Shown piece after piece: positions 1-14,100 of a stretch of 64,000 nt of DNA (positions are counted from its first letter, which is position 1; the number at the start of each line of letters is the position of its first letter). Made by a program: the position numbers and the translations under genes. The stretch comes from Kudoa neothunni. Taxonomy: Eukaryota; Animalia; Cnidaria. The notes below the pieces were generated by a model. It had not been told where the DNA came from. It ran no database searches and saw nothing but the letters and a program-made list of their open reading frames with translations. Location of the stretch: NCBI GenBank assembly GCA_964304625.1, contig OZ199838.1, positions 6,993,731 through 7,057,730 of the forward strand, read 5' to 3'.

Positions 1-1872
1 TAATGAAAACAATGGAGATCTATCTATGTTCTAATTTAATGACCACATTGGTCTATATTTTTTTCTGCAAAAATCATTTTATATTTCTGTTTATATAAGA
101 AATATAGTGAACCATATTTTTGTCTGGAATGCGTTATTTATACTCTTAGATGGCATTCATTGAGTTTTATATAACACCAATTTGTATCGCATTTGTCAGC
201 TGAGGGACAAATCTCGTTTATTTTTTTAGGTATTCTAATAAATATATGAATTTTTTATTTTTTTTATTTAGAGGTTTCTAAATTAATACAATATGTACAC
301 AAATACACACAAACTATATAATTAAACTCAGCAGTTCTTAGAAGAATTACCTTACTTCGATCCATGCGTTATTAAATATCAACTGTTCTCACCCAGTTGG
401 CCCATGAATTATTACACTAGAAATGAAATATTTTTAAATTATTAGGATAGAAAAATTAAACATAGGTCATAGCTAGGAAATAAGGAAATAGTTTTGAGAT
501 TTCCTTAAATTTTTGGAAAAATATTTGACTGTTAAATTTTAAAAATTCCTATAACCCTTAAAAAGATCATATGGGGCCATTATGCCAGTTTCATTGTCAG
601 GGTTTGTATCGGATTTATTTTACACAAATAAAAAGAGTTGCCATAATTGATTAGTTAATTGAATTTAATTCTATTAAAAGTGTAAATTCAGACCTATAAT
701 TATAGTCTTTTGCACCGCGATGCCCTAATTATTTTAAGGCAATGATTTTTCTTATTGATCCGTACAATCCAGAAAATTCCTCTTGGTCCGTGTAAATTTC
801 GTCTATTTATATTCACGTTTTTATTGGGTCATTACTTTGTGCTTGAAAAAAATATTCAAATGCTACTTTGTGATATTGAGTGCTTTGGGCAAGTTATAAA
901 TCAGGGCTTCCCCATTCATTCTAATTTCCGCACCCTCAAACATTTATGAGGACAACCCCACATATCATCACAAAAAAGAATTTATAAAACGTACTTATTT
1001 TTAGGCGGAGGAAATAATTATACTAAAATTAAATAAAGAGAAATAAATGCGGCCTACTTCTACTAGAAAATAAATGTAAATAGAGTAAATGCAAGTATTA
1101 AATTATATGTTTCGACTTTGTTCTTGTCTTTTTGGTAATAATAAGTCGAAACGAGACTCTGTATTGAATACAGACATGTATACATCATGAGTTATAAATT
1201 AGTTAGATATTTAATATTTCGGCGCAAAATATCAGACTCACGATTCACGCACGTGCGGCTATTGGATTTTGTAATTTTTTGTTTTAATTATAAATTTAAA
1301 AATTAAATGAGTAAAGTAAAAAGGTGACCATATATTTAATAAAAAGTGTTGGTTTTTATAATTTTTGATTGCAAACTGATTTTAACTTGAATTTTAAAAA
1401 TTTCATATAATTCAACAAAAATGTACAAAAAAAATTAATTTTGGATGCTAATTAAAGTTTAATTTTTTATTTTATTCATAGTTTTTAATACTACAATTTT
1501 TAAGAATTTGACCTAGTTTAAATATTTTTTACTTTACACCATTTTTGACTTTAATGGAAAGATCTGTTTACGAATGAAGAGTAATCACCTATCATTTCAA
1601 TTTAATATATTTATAAATAGAAAATAGTAGGTTGAGAATGTAAATTAATCTTCGATAAATTTCATTGAATGACTACAGTGGATGACGTGTAGTTCGCAAT
1701 TTGAGAAATGTTACAAAATTTATGTACACATAAGATTATAATAAGTTATTTATTTCTCAACTATTTTAAAACATTTATTTGACCATTAAGAATATAAATA
1801 AAATATTTATAAATTAACTCTCCGATGATTCGTGGGTAGAATCTACCCCAATGCGATTTTAAAATTCATATA

Positions 1873-3776
1873 CAGTCAAACCTCGATTATCCAGAAAATT
1901 TGGGACCAGCGATTTTCTTTCCGGATAGCGAGGTCATGGTTAATCGAACATAAACAATCTCTTGCGCGCGCGCGGTTTTTAAAATTTATACTTGAGGGAT
2001 TCTTAACTTGATTAACCCTCCCCGTACTGTGTGCGAAAAAAATTACGCGTGTGCCGATGGGATCCATTTGGGACCCCCTTTTAAATAGGCCTTAAACGCC
2101 ATCAATTATTACGAAATTAACACGATGTTATTTAAAGACATTTATAAGTATAAAAAATAAAATCTAACCCTCTCCGGTAGCTTAAAATGCAGATATGAGA
2201 CCAAGATGAACTTATTGCGTCAGACCAATGTGATGAAATCAACGCATACATTTCAGCATTAAAGGCTTCGAAGATGTCAAAAAAATAAATATCTAATTTA
2301 TCCGACTAGATGTTATAAAAAATTAATAGATGATGATCAAACACAGGCCCAACTAAGCGCTGTTCTGTAGAAATTATCGGACTGTTTCAGAAGTAGTAAG
2401 TGTAACGGCACATGCAGTTTGCTCTGAGATTTCATAGAAAGCAGTGTTTGAAAAACTCGCATCGTTCTAATTCCTTAAAAATTAAAATAAAAAAATTATA
2501 AAGGTGCACTGCTTGGTAATATATTTACGTTTTTAAATGCTACATTCCCTTACGGTTTTAAGAACTTTTTTTTATTTATTTGCAAATTTAAGAGTTAGTA
2601 TAATTAAATTAAAGAATTTAATTTGAGAAAACCTAAGTTGTTTAAATATTTCGGTATCCATACTTGCAAAACTGCTGGAACATACGTTTAACACTTCTAT
2701 ACGGATAATTCGTAGCACGTACACGTCGATATCAATAATTAATAAACATACGATGCCTTAACTATAATTATATACTCAATACAAATATTAATAACAATTA
2801 TTTGCCAAGTACTTTATACTCTATCAATTTACAATTTATATTTCACTGATTAAAAATTACGGAATACTCAGATGATACACAAAGATTCTAATAGTGATAT
2901 TGCATATAATGCATCATGGACCAATTTATTGTTGGTAAACATAGATTCTTTAGAGAAACAGAGGCCTACCAACCAAGAAACGCGATATGGATTAATCCTC
3001 GCTAATCTCCTATTAAGTCGAAATGTATATAAACCTTGCGTATGTATGGCTTTAAAATCAACTAAACAAAATTTATAAATATAAATAAGTAAAATAGATT
3101 AGTTTGCATATAATGGACCATTTTTCTTGAAATTCTATAGGAATAAATATTCGAATTATGAAATAAATATAATCTCTAGGGCGTATTTTTTAAATTAAAA
3201 AAAAATTATAATTTTTATATTTACTTTTTAACCTTATAGATGCTTTACTGGGACAGTTAAGAAGTCAATAGTTCAGTTTTAGAGTAACGTGAAAAATAAT
3301 GAAATTGGGGTCCTTAATGGACCCCGCTTCGGACAGGGAGGGTTAATAAGAAATTTTTTACTATTTATTAAGTAAAATATTTTAATTTCCGTTACTTAAA
3401 TTAAAAATGTTGACATATCATCTATTAACTAAGTATATGGAGACTTAAAGGAAAAACAATACATAATTATGACAGTTTTTACACAGCCAGAGAGGAATAA
3501 CCTATTTGTTTAAATAACCGATAATTAATTTTTTAAATATACATACAGTCATGTGTTCAGATATAGTACAAATTTACATAAGAACTGAATGCTTAACTTA
3601 AGTTTTAAAGGAAAATTTATGAATAAATAACCTAGGAATATTTTTGTTTTAAATATTGCATTGGTATATATGCTACATAGTACATGTCGTACGGTAATGG
3701 GTGCTACTTTTACCCGGAAATATGACCAAATAGTTCTTCCGGATAGCGAGATTCCCGGATAATCAAGGTTCGACTC
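1873..3776. mobile_element. Non-autonomous pogo/Tigger-like element nested in the piggyBac
   Basis: TA-flanked TIRs: cagtcaaacctcgattatcc at the left end and ggataatcaaggttcgactc at the right end. Subterminal repeat ttccggatagcgag lies near both ends. Confidence 0.75.
2016..3342. mobile_element. Non-autonomous piggyBac-type element nested in the Tigger-like element
   Basis: TTAA|ccctccc...gggaggg|TTAA ends. Subterminal palindromes gggatccatttgggacccc and ggggtccttaatggacccc. Confidence 0.8.
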
Positions 3777-4180
3777 TATCTCCTTATGTTTGAAATGTTG
3801 GCGTTTAAGATTCCATGCGTTCCGGTAACATACATTTATTTTTAATTTTAGACTAAAACATTTTTTAAATATTTCAAATTCAAAAATCCATTTCACGTTT
3901 ATCTTCTGAAGTACTTGGGGGTAGAAATTACCCCATTCATTTTTTTACGTTTAAAATAAAAAACTCTTAATTTTCATATATATATATAATGTTTTTATAA
4001 GCACAATTGAAATAAATTTACATATTTCACGCTAGGCAATTGTGGTTTAATCTGCTCCATTAATAATTCACTATAATCTGTATGTCGTAATTATATGTTA
4101 TGGTTAGACTCATCCAAGTAATTAAATATAGCTTTCAGCGCAAAAACATTAATTTTAGGGAATATTTATTTTGAACAATC

Positions 4181-5760
4181 TAAAAAACTGCTTGAAGAAT
4201 GTACCGGACAATAAAATTTGTAGCATTTAGAGCACCATATTGTGGTTTTTTATCCCTATTTCGAGGACAAAACTCACATCGTGCGCTTTTTATGCTTGCG
4301 GGTGGTTCCAGATGGGAAATGTTTGCCTTATTGAAGTTACTTTTGGCCGGTACATTGGTAGAATGTTTGGCCAACAACGGTTTATACAGTTGCTCTGTGA
4401 TCTCCTTTAGGAAGGTTTGTCTATTATTCGATTCACTAATATTTCTTTATACAATGCAAAAGCATTCACCAGCGACAAATCGACGATTCTAATGAATACG
4501 ACTAGGTGTCATCTCCTTGTAAATCGATGAACAGAAACCGATGCGAGCATCCTGTCGAAATTATCTATGCCGCCCTTAGTTTTATTATAATCCTATGTTA
4601 ATTGTGGTTTTAACTTAAGGTATTCTCCTGAAACAGAGTTATCATGCGTGTCAGAAATTAGAAGAATCACAGACTTGTCATTTTTGCCACATATGATAAC
4701 AGCATATATTTATCGTAAAACAAAAAAATGATGGAATAAAGAGGTCATTTTCTTGAAGTTTGAAGACAAGATGGTATCTCTTAATTCTTCTCATTGCTCC
4801 CAAAAAAGTCAACTTTCTTTCTAACAATTTATTCGCGAGAGACATCGATGAAAAGAAATTATCAGCGACAATATTACGGCCAGAATCAAACAAATGAATT
4901 GTAAGGTTGAGTACGATGTTTTCACCTACGTTAGTTTGTCTATTCGTCTCAGAATTATTCTTTCCCAAATAAACGCTGGCATTACAAACGTAATTGGCGA
5001 TTGGATCAACCAGTAGACAAAATTATATACCACATTTTGCCGACATCATGGGCATATAATGCCGGAAGGACCATCTTCCCCCAACGGAACCAATTGTTCA
5101 TCGACAGTAACATCCTCGTTCGGAGCAAAACATTTAGGTAGCAAGTCAACCCACTTCTCCCATATATCACGAATGGCACTGAATTGGTCCAACTTTCTAC
5201 GTTCTTCGCGTGTATCATAGTCATCTAAATGCGATGCTTGGGAAATATGTTTGAAGTGCCGAAGTGAAAGTAATCGCCGATAGATTTCTCTTCCTTCCTT
5301 CTGGATGAATAACGCACTTATAGGATCTTCTCTATATTTATGGGTGGCCATGAGGATTAACAATCCTAAATATCCCCTAATTTCTACCAAATCAAGATCG
5401 TACCATCGGTCGTCGGAATGATGCTTTCCAAACATATTTGTAAACAAAATGATATCGTCGCTGATTTCATCATTCAAAAATAATAAAAAACAGTCCAATA
5501 TGTTTTTTATTTTTATTTGAACATATGCAGTGGGTCAAGGGGTTGGATACATTTTATTCTCCGGACCTCTCTTTGTTGGACGAGACTTTAAAGTACTCCA
5601 TTGAATACCATCTTCTCTCGTAAGAACATCAATACCAACGTCGATTATTTTCATTTCGTCTGAAAATTCTTCATCTTCATAAGTGTGACCTCCACGCTCA
5701 CTTTCCGAAGAACAGAATTCATCGTACAAATCATCCGAGCCGCACATTGAAATCAACGTG
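4181..5760 (-). pseudogene. Frameshifted piggyBac (PGBD4-like) transposase
   Basis: ORF fragments carry VTVDEQLVP and GRNIVADNFFSS, plus the C-terminal Cys-rich RCEFCPRNRDKK. Several frameshifts and stops. Confidence 0.9.
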
Positions 5761-6688
5761 TGCGTGTGCGCCAACATGAACATACCACTTTATGGTGGGG
5801 TTTTAATTAAATCTGACAGCTGGAAATTTGTTAGATTCTAGTTTTGAAAACTTTGTAATATGTTTCGTATTTTAAACGAATAAAATAGTTGGGGTATTTT
5901 CTACCCCAAAGTACATTACACGTACATAGTTTTTATGATCATCATAGGGTTAATTATGTTTTTAATGGATTATTTTGTAGAGGCGTGAGGTTCGTAACTT
6001 TTCAGATGCGTTAAGATTTTTGTTTTCGATTGGTGGCGACAGGGGGGACAGAAATAAAAATTGAGTTAGGATATTAAAATAGAAATGAAATAATAAAGTT
6101 TTTGCAAAACCAGCCAAGGCGTGGATCGGAGCGGAAACAATATTGAAAATGATGCTAATATGAGTGATTTTATTGGTGATGGTAACTGTAATGGAGTTGA
6201 CAATTTTGGTAAATTTGACGAAAGAGAGCGAAAATTTATACCTTTCAAAATTGCTTTTCTCATTTTTCTGATTTAAGACATGAAATATTATTGTTTAATA
6301 TTTATAAACATATTCCGGATTCTGAACGAGAAGTAAACGATTTAATTGTCAGAAAACTTAAAAATATTACTATACTGAGTAATTTTCCCCAAATAACTTA
6401 TCATCGTAGTCGATTTATAGCATTGTCTCTTCCTAAGATCGCACGCGCAATCATAGAAATTAGAAACAACATCTGCTGACTATTGACGGAGTTGTCAACC
6501 TTGCCCGATATCGGACCAATCAGGTCAAAATTATAAGATTTTTCACCGAGTGTCCTATTTTGTCCAATTTTTACTCTTGTTTTTGAAAGACTAAATAATC
6601 CCGAAACAATGTTTCAAAGGCGGAAAGTTATTGCAAATTTACAAAAAATAGAATTTAGTCGTGGTTGATTTCATTACGAGAAATCTTC

Positions 6689-6717
6689 CCCAAGCAACGC
6701 TGGGCAGTTCGTGCTAG
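6689..6717 (+). mobile_element. Isolated Helitron-like 3' end (hairpin plus CTAG)
   Basis: cccaagcaacgctggg hairpin followed about 10 nt later by CTAG, similar to the 3' end at 11074-11100. No matching 5' end located. Confidence 0.4.
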
Positions 6718-7751
6718 CTTAAAAATATTAAGTTATCGTTTTTCTTTAAAAACAACTAGAATCGTTCAATCAATAATTCTCGGCGCCATTAATAAAAGTA
6801 GACTATAGATAAATTTTAGATAGACATCTTCTATTTGAGGAAGATCCGACAAAAATTAAATACAAAATACTAGATTACCAAACAAATTGAAATTAGCTTA
6901 TTAAAAAACAGTCCAGACATCTATTATTGATTGACAACTGTTCTAAAAAGACCTTAATATCTAAAAAAGTAATTTAACTACTCATGAATGTTGTTTTTAT
7001 AATTGAACCATTACCGATAGCGGAAACAAAGAATTTAACGATGCTTTATTAGGTTATGTTTAGTTCATAATTATTTTTAGATATTGAAAATATATTGTGG
7101 ATATAAATGCATTAAAAACAACTAATGACATAGTACTGCTAAAAGATTGGGAGAAAATTCACGATTACGGGTATGGTGACGTGAAAGAAAATATAGAGTG
7201 AGCCGTAAAATGTTAAGAAGCTTCAGATTTTAGTATTTTTAGAGACATTTTTCCCTAGAAACTCAATAAATACCATTAGAAAAACTTCATTATGAAAAAT
7301 CGGAGGTTATATTATCTTCGTATCCTCTTATTGATTATTTATTTAATATTAAAAAAAGAAAAAACTCGGGATAATATTTTTGTTAAAAAATATTTTTAAG
7401 GACGTATGTGCCAAACGGCATTCGCGGTGATTTTTACCGGGCAGGAAAATCTCAGGCCCTAATTTAATACGAAATAACGTGACCTTATTGTATTGTAATT
7501 TTTTAAGTCATCAGACAAAGCGCTTTTTAGATTTTGCAACTATACTATTCTGGGCTAATATTTCATTTATTTGATATGAACCCGGTGCTTTATTTCCTTT
7601 GACCGCTTACATCAAATCCGGTTATAAACGTGTTAATCCTGAAAACCGGCAGTTTAGTTGACTAAATTTATTAGCTTATTTTAACCAACCCACATTTAAT
7701 ATTCTTATATAATTCCTAATTATTTCTTAAATTCCATAATAAATGTTAATA

Positions 7752-8711
7752 CAGTAAGAAACCAATTTCACGTAATCCCCTCGGGACCAAGAAAAAAAGT
7801 GCGTAAAACCGGTCACGTCCAATTTCACGCACTTGCGTACGCAATTATTTCAGAAAAAATTGGCATGTAATAATGATTTAATTGCGTTTATAACGACTAG
7901 TTAACTATATATTAATTTTTAAACGATCTATGAAATACTCCCCTTGTTGCTATCGGTGGAATAAGGCAGTTTCGTCTACACTGTAAATAAAATTTTCAGA
8001 GTATCTTTTAAAAGATATTCTGATTTGATTGGTCTGCTCTGAAGTAGTTTCAAGCATAGCATTAGCAGATTAACTAATAAAATTTGATTTTTTAATGTTG
8101 GACCTTTTTTAAAACAACGAAAACCTCAACGAATTGCACATGAAGGTAAACCTTTTTCTTTGCCTAATTGATTTCTCTTGATGATTATCGTGACGACGCT
8201 TACTACAATCTTTTTGCTTCGTGTCAATCTAATCCACTCATATACATCTTCATCAACAGAATTAAATTGTCCTACATGCAAATAATTTCTATTTTTAGAT
8301 TCTACAAACATTCATAGATTTTGATTATTTTATTTTTCATCTCTAGGATGCCATTAGGAGTCGAGATAATAGATATTTTAAAATGTGATACAACGGCAGT
8401 TTTTGGGTCATTAGATTGAAGACTTTCATAATAATTAATAATATTGTACTCTTCGACAACAGATATAGTTTTGGAGTTTTTTGGCAATAAATATTGACCA
8501 AACTAAATAATAAACAAGACGTACTCCCAAAAAGTGCGTGAAAATGGCCAATCACGTGACTTTTAGTTACGTTATTTAGCAACTTTTTAAAATAATTTTT
8601 ATAAAAAATTTTTGATTGAAATATTATAAGAAACATATTATATAAACCATGACCAATCAATATGCTACCTAAATAGGTTTTTAAAAAGTGCGTTAAATTG
8701 GTTACTTACTG
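7752..8711 (-). mobile_element. Internally deleted pogo/Tigger transposon with CENP-B HTH remnant
   Basis: TA-flanked TIRs: cagtaagaaaccaatttcacg and cgttaaattggttacttactg. Minus-strand fragments MPKNSKTISVVEEYNIINYYE...ISTPNGIL and VDEDVYEWIRLTRSK resemble HTH_psq/HTH_Tnp_Tc5 regions. Confidence 0.85.
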
Positions 8712-9366
8712 TATATGAAATGTTAAAATGTAGTAGTAGTAGTAGTTTTCGCCCCTTATAAATAAGGGAATGTTATTGTGTTACATTGTTATTTTATATT
8801 TATCATTAATATTCTTGTTTTTGATTTAATTTCATTAGCTGATGCGAATAAAGACTAATCAATAAACAAGTTTCACACAAAATACTGCGTAAAAATAGTT
8901 AATCACGTAGGTTTTAATTCGTTTATTTTCTTATTTTAATTCTGATAGATTCCAAATCCACAAAACATTCTGAAATTAAAATAAAGCCACTGCTTATTTG
9001 ATATTTATGTTGTATTAAATTTTTTTAAAAAATGTGTAGATGTTATATGTAAAACTGGGTACTTACTGCAGCATGGAATCAAATATTATTTAATTCTCAT
9101 GTGGCGCAAAGCTATTGATAATATCAAAAAATAAAGTAACCTACCATTTAAAAAAAGTGAAGCAATAAAGAGATATTTAATATTATAAAACACTTGTAAC
9201 ATTACAATCGTCAAAACGATTATTATTTAATGAAATGGTTGCATTTTTTGATTATGTAAACTTTTTAGACACCTCATTTAAATAAATTCTGTCTAAGTCA
9301 AACCGTTAACTATCCTAATTTTAATTTTCAATTTATGTAGGAATAATTATTTCCTAATTATAGTAA

Positions 9367-11100
9367 TCTATCTACTATATATATATAGTTTTTGTGGTTA
9401 AAATGTAGAATAGTGGCCGTAATCCAAATCAGCGACACCGGACAAAAACGAACCTGTTGAATATTTTATTATTGAGTATTTATCAATGTGGCATCTCCAG
9501 TAGGGTAACTTTGGCAACAGCTATTTGTCGTCACAATAATAGTTGGTGTAATCTATTATATGTTGTATTCCTAGCTCCTCGCGATTATTTCAGCAGGATG
9601 TACCGCCAATTAAGCTGGTTCGAATAAAGCTCGCTTTATTTATTTTAAAATTTGATTGTGACAACCATGATTCTTTATCTATTGTTATATTTCATCCTTA
9701 GCAATTGCCTAGTATTAATTCTGTCTATAAGAAAAAAAATCTGTGTTTTATGCAAGTATTAGCTAATTAATTGTAGTAAATGCATAAAGTTAATATCAAC
9801 AAATATCACATTAATTTAATTTAAAATACATAGGATTAGTGTACGAACTAATTATAATATTTAATCCGTAGATGCGGCCACTATTCTACATTTTAACCGT
9901 TTTTGTCTGTCAGTGTGTGTTTGCAGCAGTACGTATGTGTCATGGAGAAACTTTTTTTAAACAGAACTTTTAGTTTGTATTTGAATGGATGAAACCATTA
10001 ATAAAAATCGTTTATATACTTAGAAGTACAAATATAATCAATACCGTAGTCAGAAGTAAGGAATTTCCTGGTCGTATACATCAATTACCAGATTAAAAGG
10101 TACCTTCATAGTATTGATGTTTGTATACTTCAGAGTGATACTCAGTTAGAATGAACTTTTACTCGCGATATACTAGGTAAATCCGTTAATTTTGGTATCG
10201 AATGTTTCAAAAATGTTACGTATGCCTGTTTATGATAACATCTTAAGTGAAAATTATGCTCCATTAGAATTCCTGAGATGTGAAAATTTCTTTTTATCAA
10301 ATATACCGATTGAGATTGATATTTTATTCGTCTTTTCGATAAATTTTTACCCATTTTTTGGTTTTCCTAAACTTTCTTTCAAAACCGTTGGCATAATTAA
10401 TTCGATAAGTTTCTATATTTCATGAGATAATTTAATTTTTATATTTTTGAATCAATAAGTATTTTTATTGAAAAGAAAGGTTTCATTTATATAAAAATCC
10501 GAAATTATGTTAAAATAGTGAATACGTAAGTTACCACTCACAACTTATTAAAACCTCATTAACATCCTTCATAAAATCGCAAAAAACGAGTAACAATATT
10601 TTTTTTGTTGACGCAACTTAGGTCGATTTTATTCTTTTCATCGTTTGTAGACTAATAATAAATTTTATAACTAGTAGGATTAATTTTTATCGTACGATTT
10701 TGAAAAGAACTGAAAGTCCTATTTGAGTTACTTAATGATTTTGCTTAATAAATAATTGAACTTTAATTGTTAATTAAATTGTTCATAAAATTAATGTCAT
10801 CATAGTTTTGGTCATAATTTGTAAAATAAACTTAAAAATACTCATTAATTTCCCTTAATACCTCTATTTATATTTGAATAGAAAGTGCGGGCATAATTTT
10901 GTTTTTCTAAATCATCACCTTGCAAAAATAATGACACGCTTTAAAATGCATCAATTAAATTAGAAAAATAAAATTTACAGGGTTTAACGTGCTAATTAGA
11001 TTAAATCTTCCGTAGAATTTCTCCATTCAAACATAAAACTAAAAGTTAAAATTTTCCATCACATAACATAGTACCAGGCAAAGCTGGACGTTAGCGCTAG
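9367..11100 (+). mobile_element. Non-autonomous Helitron-like element
   Basis: 5' end A|TCTATCTAC(TA)n...GTCTGTCAGTGTGTG. 3' hairpin ccaggcaaagctgg followed by CTAG|T. Related ends occur at 30298-32859. Confidence 0.7.
9396..9898. mobile_element. MITE, probably Merlin-type, inserted at the Helitron 5' end
   Basis: Perfect 24-bp TIR ggttaaaatgtagaatagtggccg. Perfect 8-bp TSD gtttttgt (9388-9395 and 9899-9906). A GG start with 8-bp TSD fits Merlin. Confidence 0.85.
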
Positions 11101-11169
11101 TATCAATATTATAATTATTATACGGAAATGAGACGAAAAGTAATATGTAAAAAATAAAGAAATTAATGG

Positions 11170-14100
11170 TTAGTTGACTTCGGTAAGGGATTTTTCCCTT
11201 AAAACAGGGAGATCTACCATATTAATAGTAATTTCTCCACACATTAAACATTGTTGAGTGATTTCGTCATCTAAATTCTGCAAGAAATAAGCACAAAGAT
11301 TTTATAAAGGATATACCTTCTTAGCTTTCAATACCACTGAGTTTTTTCTAGTGGGTCGACCTTTAGGTGTTGAGCTACCACTAGCATCCACAGTAAATTC
11401 TTTTTGGAATCTGGTCATAAGTTCTTCAAAACATCTATATAAAATAAAATATTAAGCAAGATTTAATAACGAAGTTTTGATCCGCATACTCATCGTTCTA
11501 ATAAACATTATATTTCACCATATCTTTATAATAATTACCATTTCAGAGCCAGGTGTGGATTGGGTTATTTCGTCTTGATTAATTTTTGATAAAAATAGAC
11601 GTGCCATTGATTTTTTTAACGTTATCCTCAATAACAGAACATATATTATAAATATTTTTAGAGATAGCTGATACCTCTTCTTCTCATCTACCCATTCATA
11701 ATACTTTAAAATAAGTGATCAATTTAATAATCACCTAACAATATACTTGTTTTATAAAGCAATCTTGATGATAGGAATGAGAACACGGAAATGCATAAAA
11801 AGGTCGTTGAAGAAGTAGCTCTTGACAGCTATTACATGTTTGATTTAGACTGACTGTGATATGTCTACATTGGTTAAATATCAATCATTACGATCAAGTC
11901 TATTACAACAAAAATTTATTAGGGTGTATACCTTTTTTGTAGATTTTGAGAAAAAAACTTCAACTGATGGGACATTTGCATGTAGTTCTATTCAAATTGA
12001 GGAGGTAGGTTGTCATGAGTAAAGTAGAATTTATTTCAAATTACATTCATCTGTTTGGATAAAGAATCAATCTCTTTATTGTAATCTTCCAGTGATTCAC
12101 AAATGGCGTCCTAAAATGGATAATATGTAAGCTTCGGTCATACGAATAAAAATAATATCTATGAAAAACACTCGAAATTGATCTATATAGGTGAAATCAT
12201 CGAAAAATTGGAGGATATCTTCAATCTTGAGTAGTTTGCTTTCTTTTAGAAATTCCATGCTTCTACAAAGTTATTTTATAGTTATAAAAATGCAATCTCA
12301 TAATTAAAACCACATATACGTTCCAATATCTTTACTGCCTACAAGGGTTTCTTCTGCTACATTCAACCATAATTTTTTCTTTAAATCATCATCTTCGGGT
12401 TTGTTTGCCATGATTTTCGCCAGGGGAATATCCCCAATCTTAGTGAAAAATAAAATAGTAAATTTAGGATTGATGCACTTCTACATAGTTATTTAATAAA
12501 TTATAGATATTTTACTAAAAGAACGGCAGATATATTAACCATTCTACAACTGATTTTAATTTCAAGCATGACAATTTTTTTGTCCCGAACAAAAACCATG
12601 ATCTTTTCAGTACCATATGAAAGCACTGAGCGGAAGAAATTGATCCAGATATCTCACAAAAAATTATAAAGATAAACTTACTTTTAATGCCAATTCAACT
12701 GCTTCATCATAAAGCATCATAGCAGACAATATTTGAACACAGCATCTGTGTATATCATGACTATGGCAGAGACTCAAGGCAAACTGGAGATCATAAAAGG
12801 GTCCCACCTAAACATAATTATCATGTCAGACAATCCTAATTCACCTAAATAATATAAGAATTAGTGACCAAATAATTTAACGCTACAAAAACTCCAAGAA
12901 GTTTAAACTGACATATTTAGAAAATTTTTTCAAATGAAACATATTTTAGGGTGCATAGAGAAATATTTCCCATATTTGAGGAGGAGGGATAAAATAAAAC
13001 AAATTTTTAAATCCATAATCCCAATGTGATTACAGTCGGTAATCGATTTTGCACACTTTTTCCGGACACTCCGTTGATCAATGTAGCGTTATTCGCTGAA
13101 AAATTAGAAATTTAGCGACAAGCGACGATAAAAATACAACAATATTAGAAGGAACGTGCAAAGTACTAAAATATTTCATAAATAAACATTAAGATAGTTG
13201 CTTTGAGACATTTCGACATATCGAATATAGCAATCGTAATGACCTCCTCAAGAAATAACTAAATTCTCTCTCTAATTTAAAAAAGTTTAGATCGTTTTCG
13301 ATCATTGTTAATATTGGAAATTGACTTGTATATGTCATAGCGGGTAAAAATATGACACGAACCAAAATTATTGATTTTTTTCCCGTCGTAGAATTTATAT
13401 TCGTTTATACTATTTTAATAAAAAAACATCAATTTTTCCTCTAACTCCAAAAAATGGGATACAGTAATGGATCCGCCGTACGTAATCGCCCTAGGGATGA
13501 GGAAATTGTAGGTACAATCCGGCCGGGACCGGTAGTACGTACTTTTGTGCGCAAGCATACACAAAATATTAAAACACAAAACTAACTGTCGACTTAAGTA
13601 TTAATGAAAAGACAAGAATTTTTGTTGTTTAAAATTACGACTTGAAAATGAATAAACATCTGGAATATAATCGGACATTAACTCCCACTTTTTTAAGCCA
13701 TTATGTTTAAAATAATTGCCAAGCTCTTCTAAATAAAATAAGGTCATCTCTGAAAAGTTAGATTTTTTATCAATAAAATCATCATCCGTTTCTGAATTAT
13801 TGGGGAGGGGCCGTCACCGCGCCGTTGTTATTTCTATGAATTAGAGAGGACATCATTATAAGCCACACTATTATATGTCTACATGTGTCTATGTTTATCC
13901 TTCATTTTTCAACTAGTTACCACATTGATGTAACTATAAAAACCTAACAATTGTTTAGTCGTGGTAAAAAAGAAAAAAAACGCTTAATTTAATCACGCGG
14001 TCAAAGCAAATAGGTACGTATGACCAATCTTCGCGTGACTTTTTAATCTTCGTTTTTCATACTAATTATGCTTATAAATCATTTAAAGCGAGTAATAATA

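Larger units (their letters stand above)
1818..5949 (-). mobile_element. Decayed piggyBac transposon, interrupted by nested elements
   Basis: TTAA at both ends (1814-1817, 5950-5953). Imperfect TIRs: ctctccgatgat versus reverse-complemented ccctatgatgat. Subterminal palindromes gggta-N-tacccc at about 1833, 3917 and 5891. Internal minus-strand transposase fragments. Confidence 0.8.

Noticed and set aside
1-1800. Short ORF 755-949 and coding-like patches
   Set aside because: No motif, consistent splice pattern or paired transposon ends could be supported. Probably old transposon debris.
10030-10425. Rep/helicase coding remnant inside the Helitron
   Set aside because: Only vague resemblance. 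No HUH or Pif1 motif could be read with confidence.
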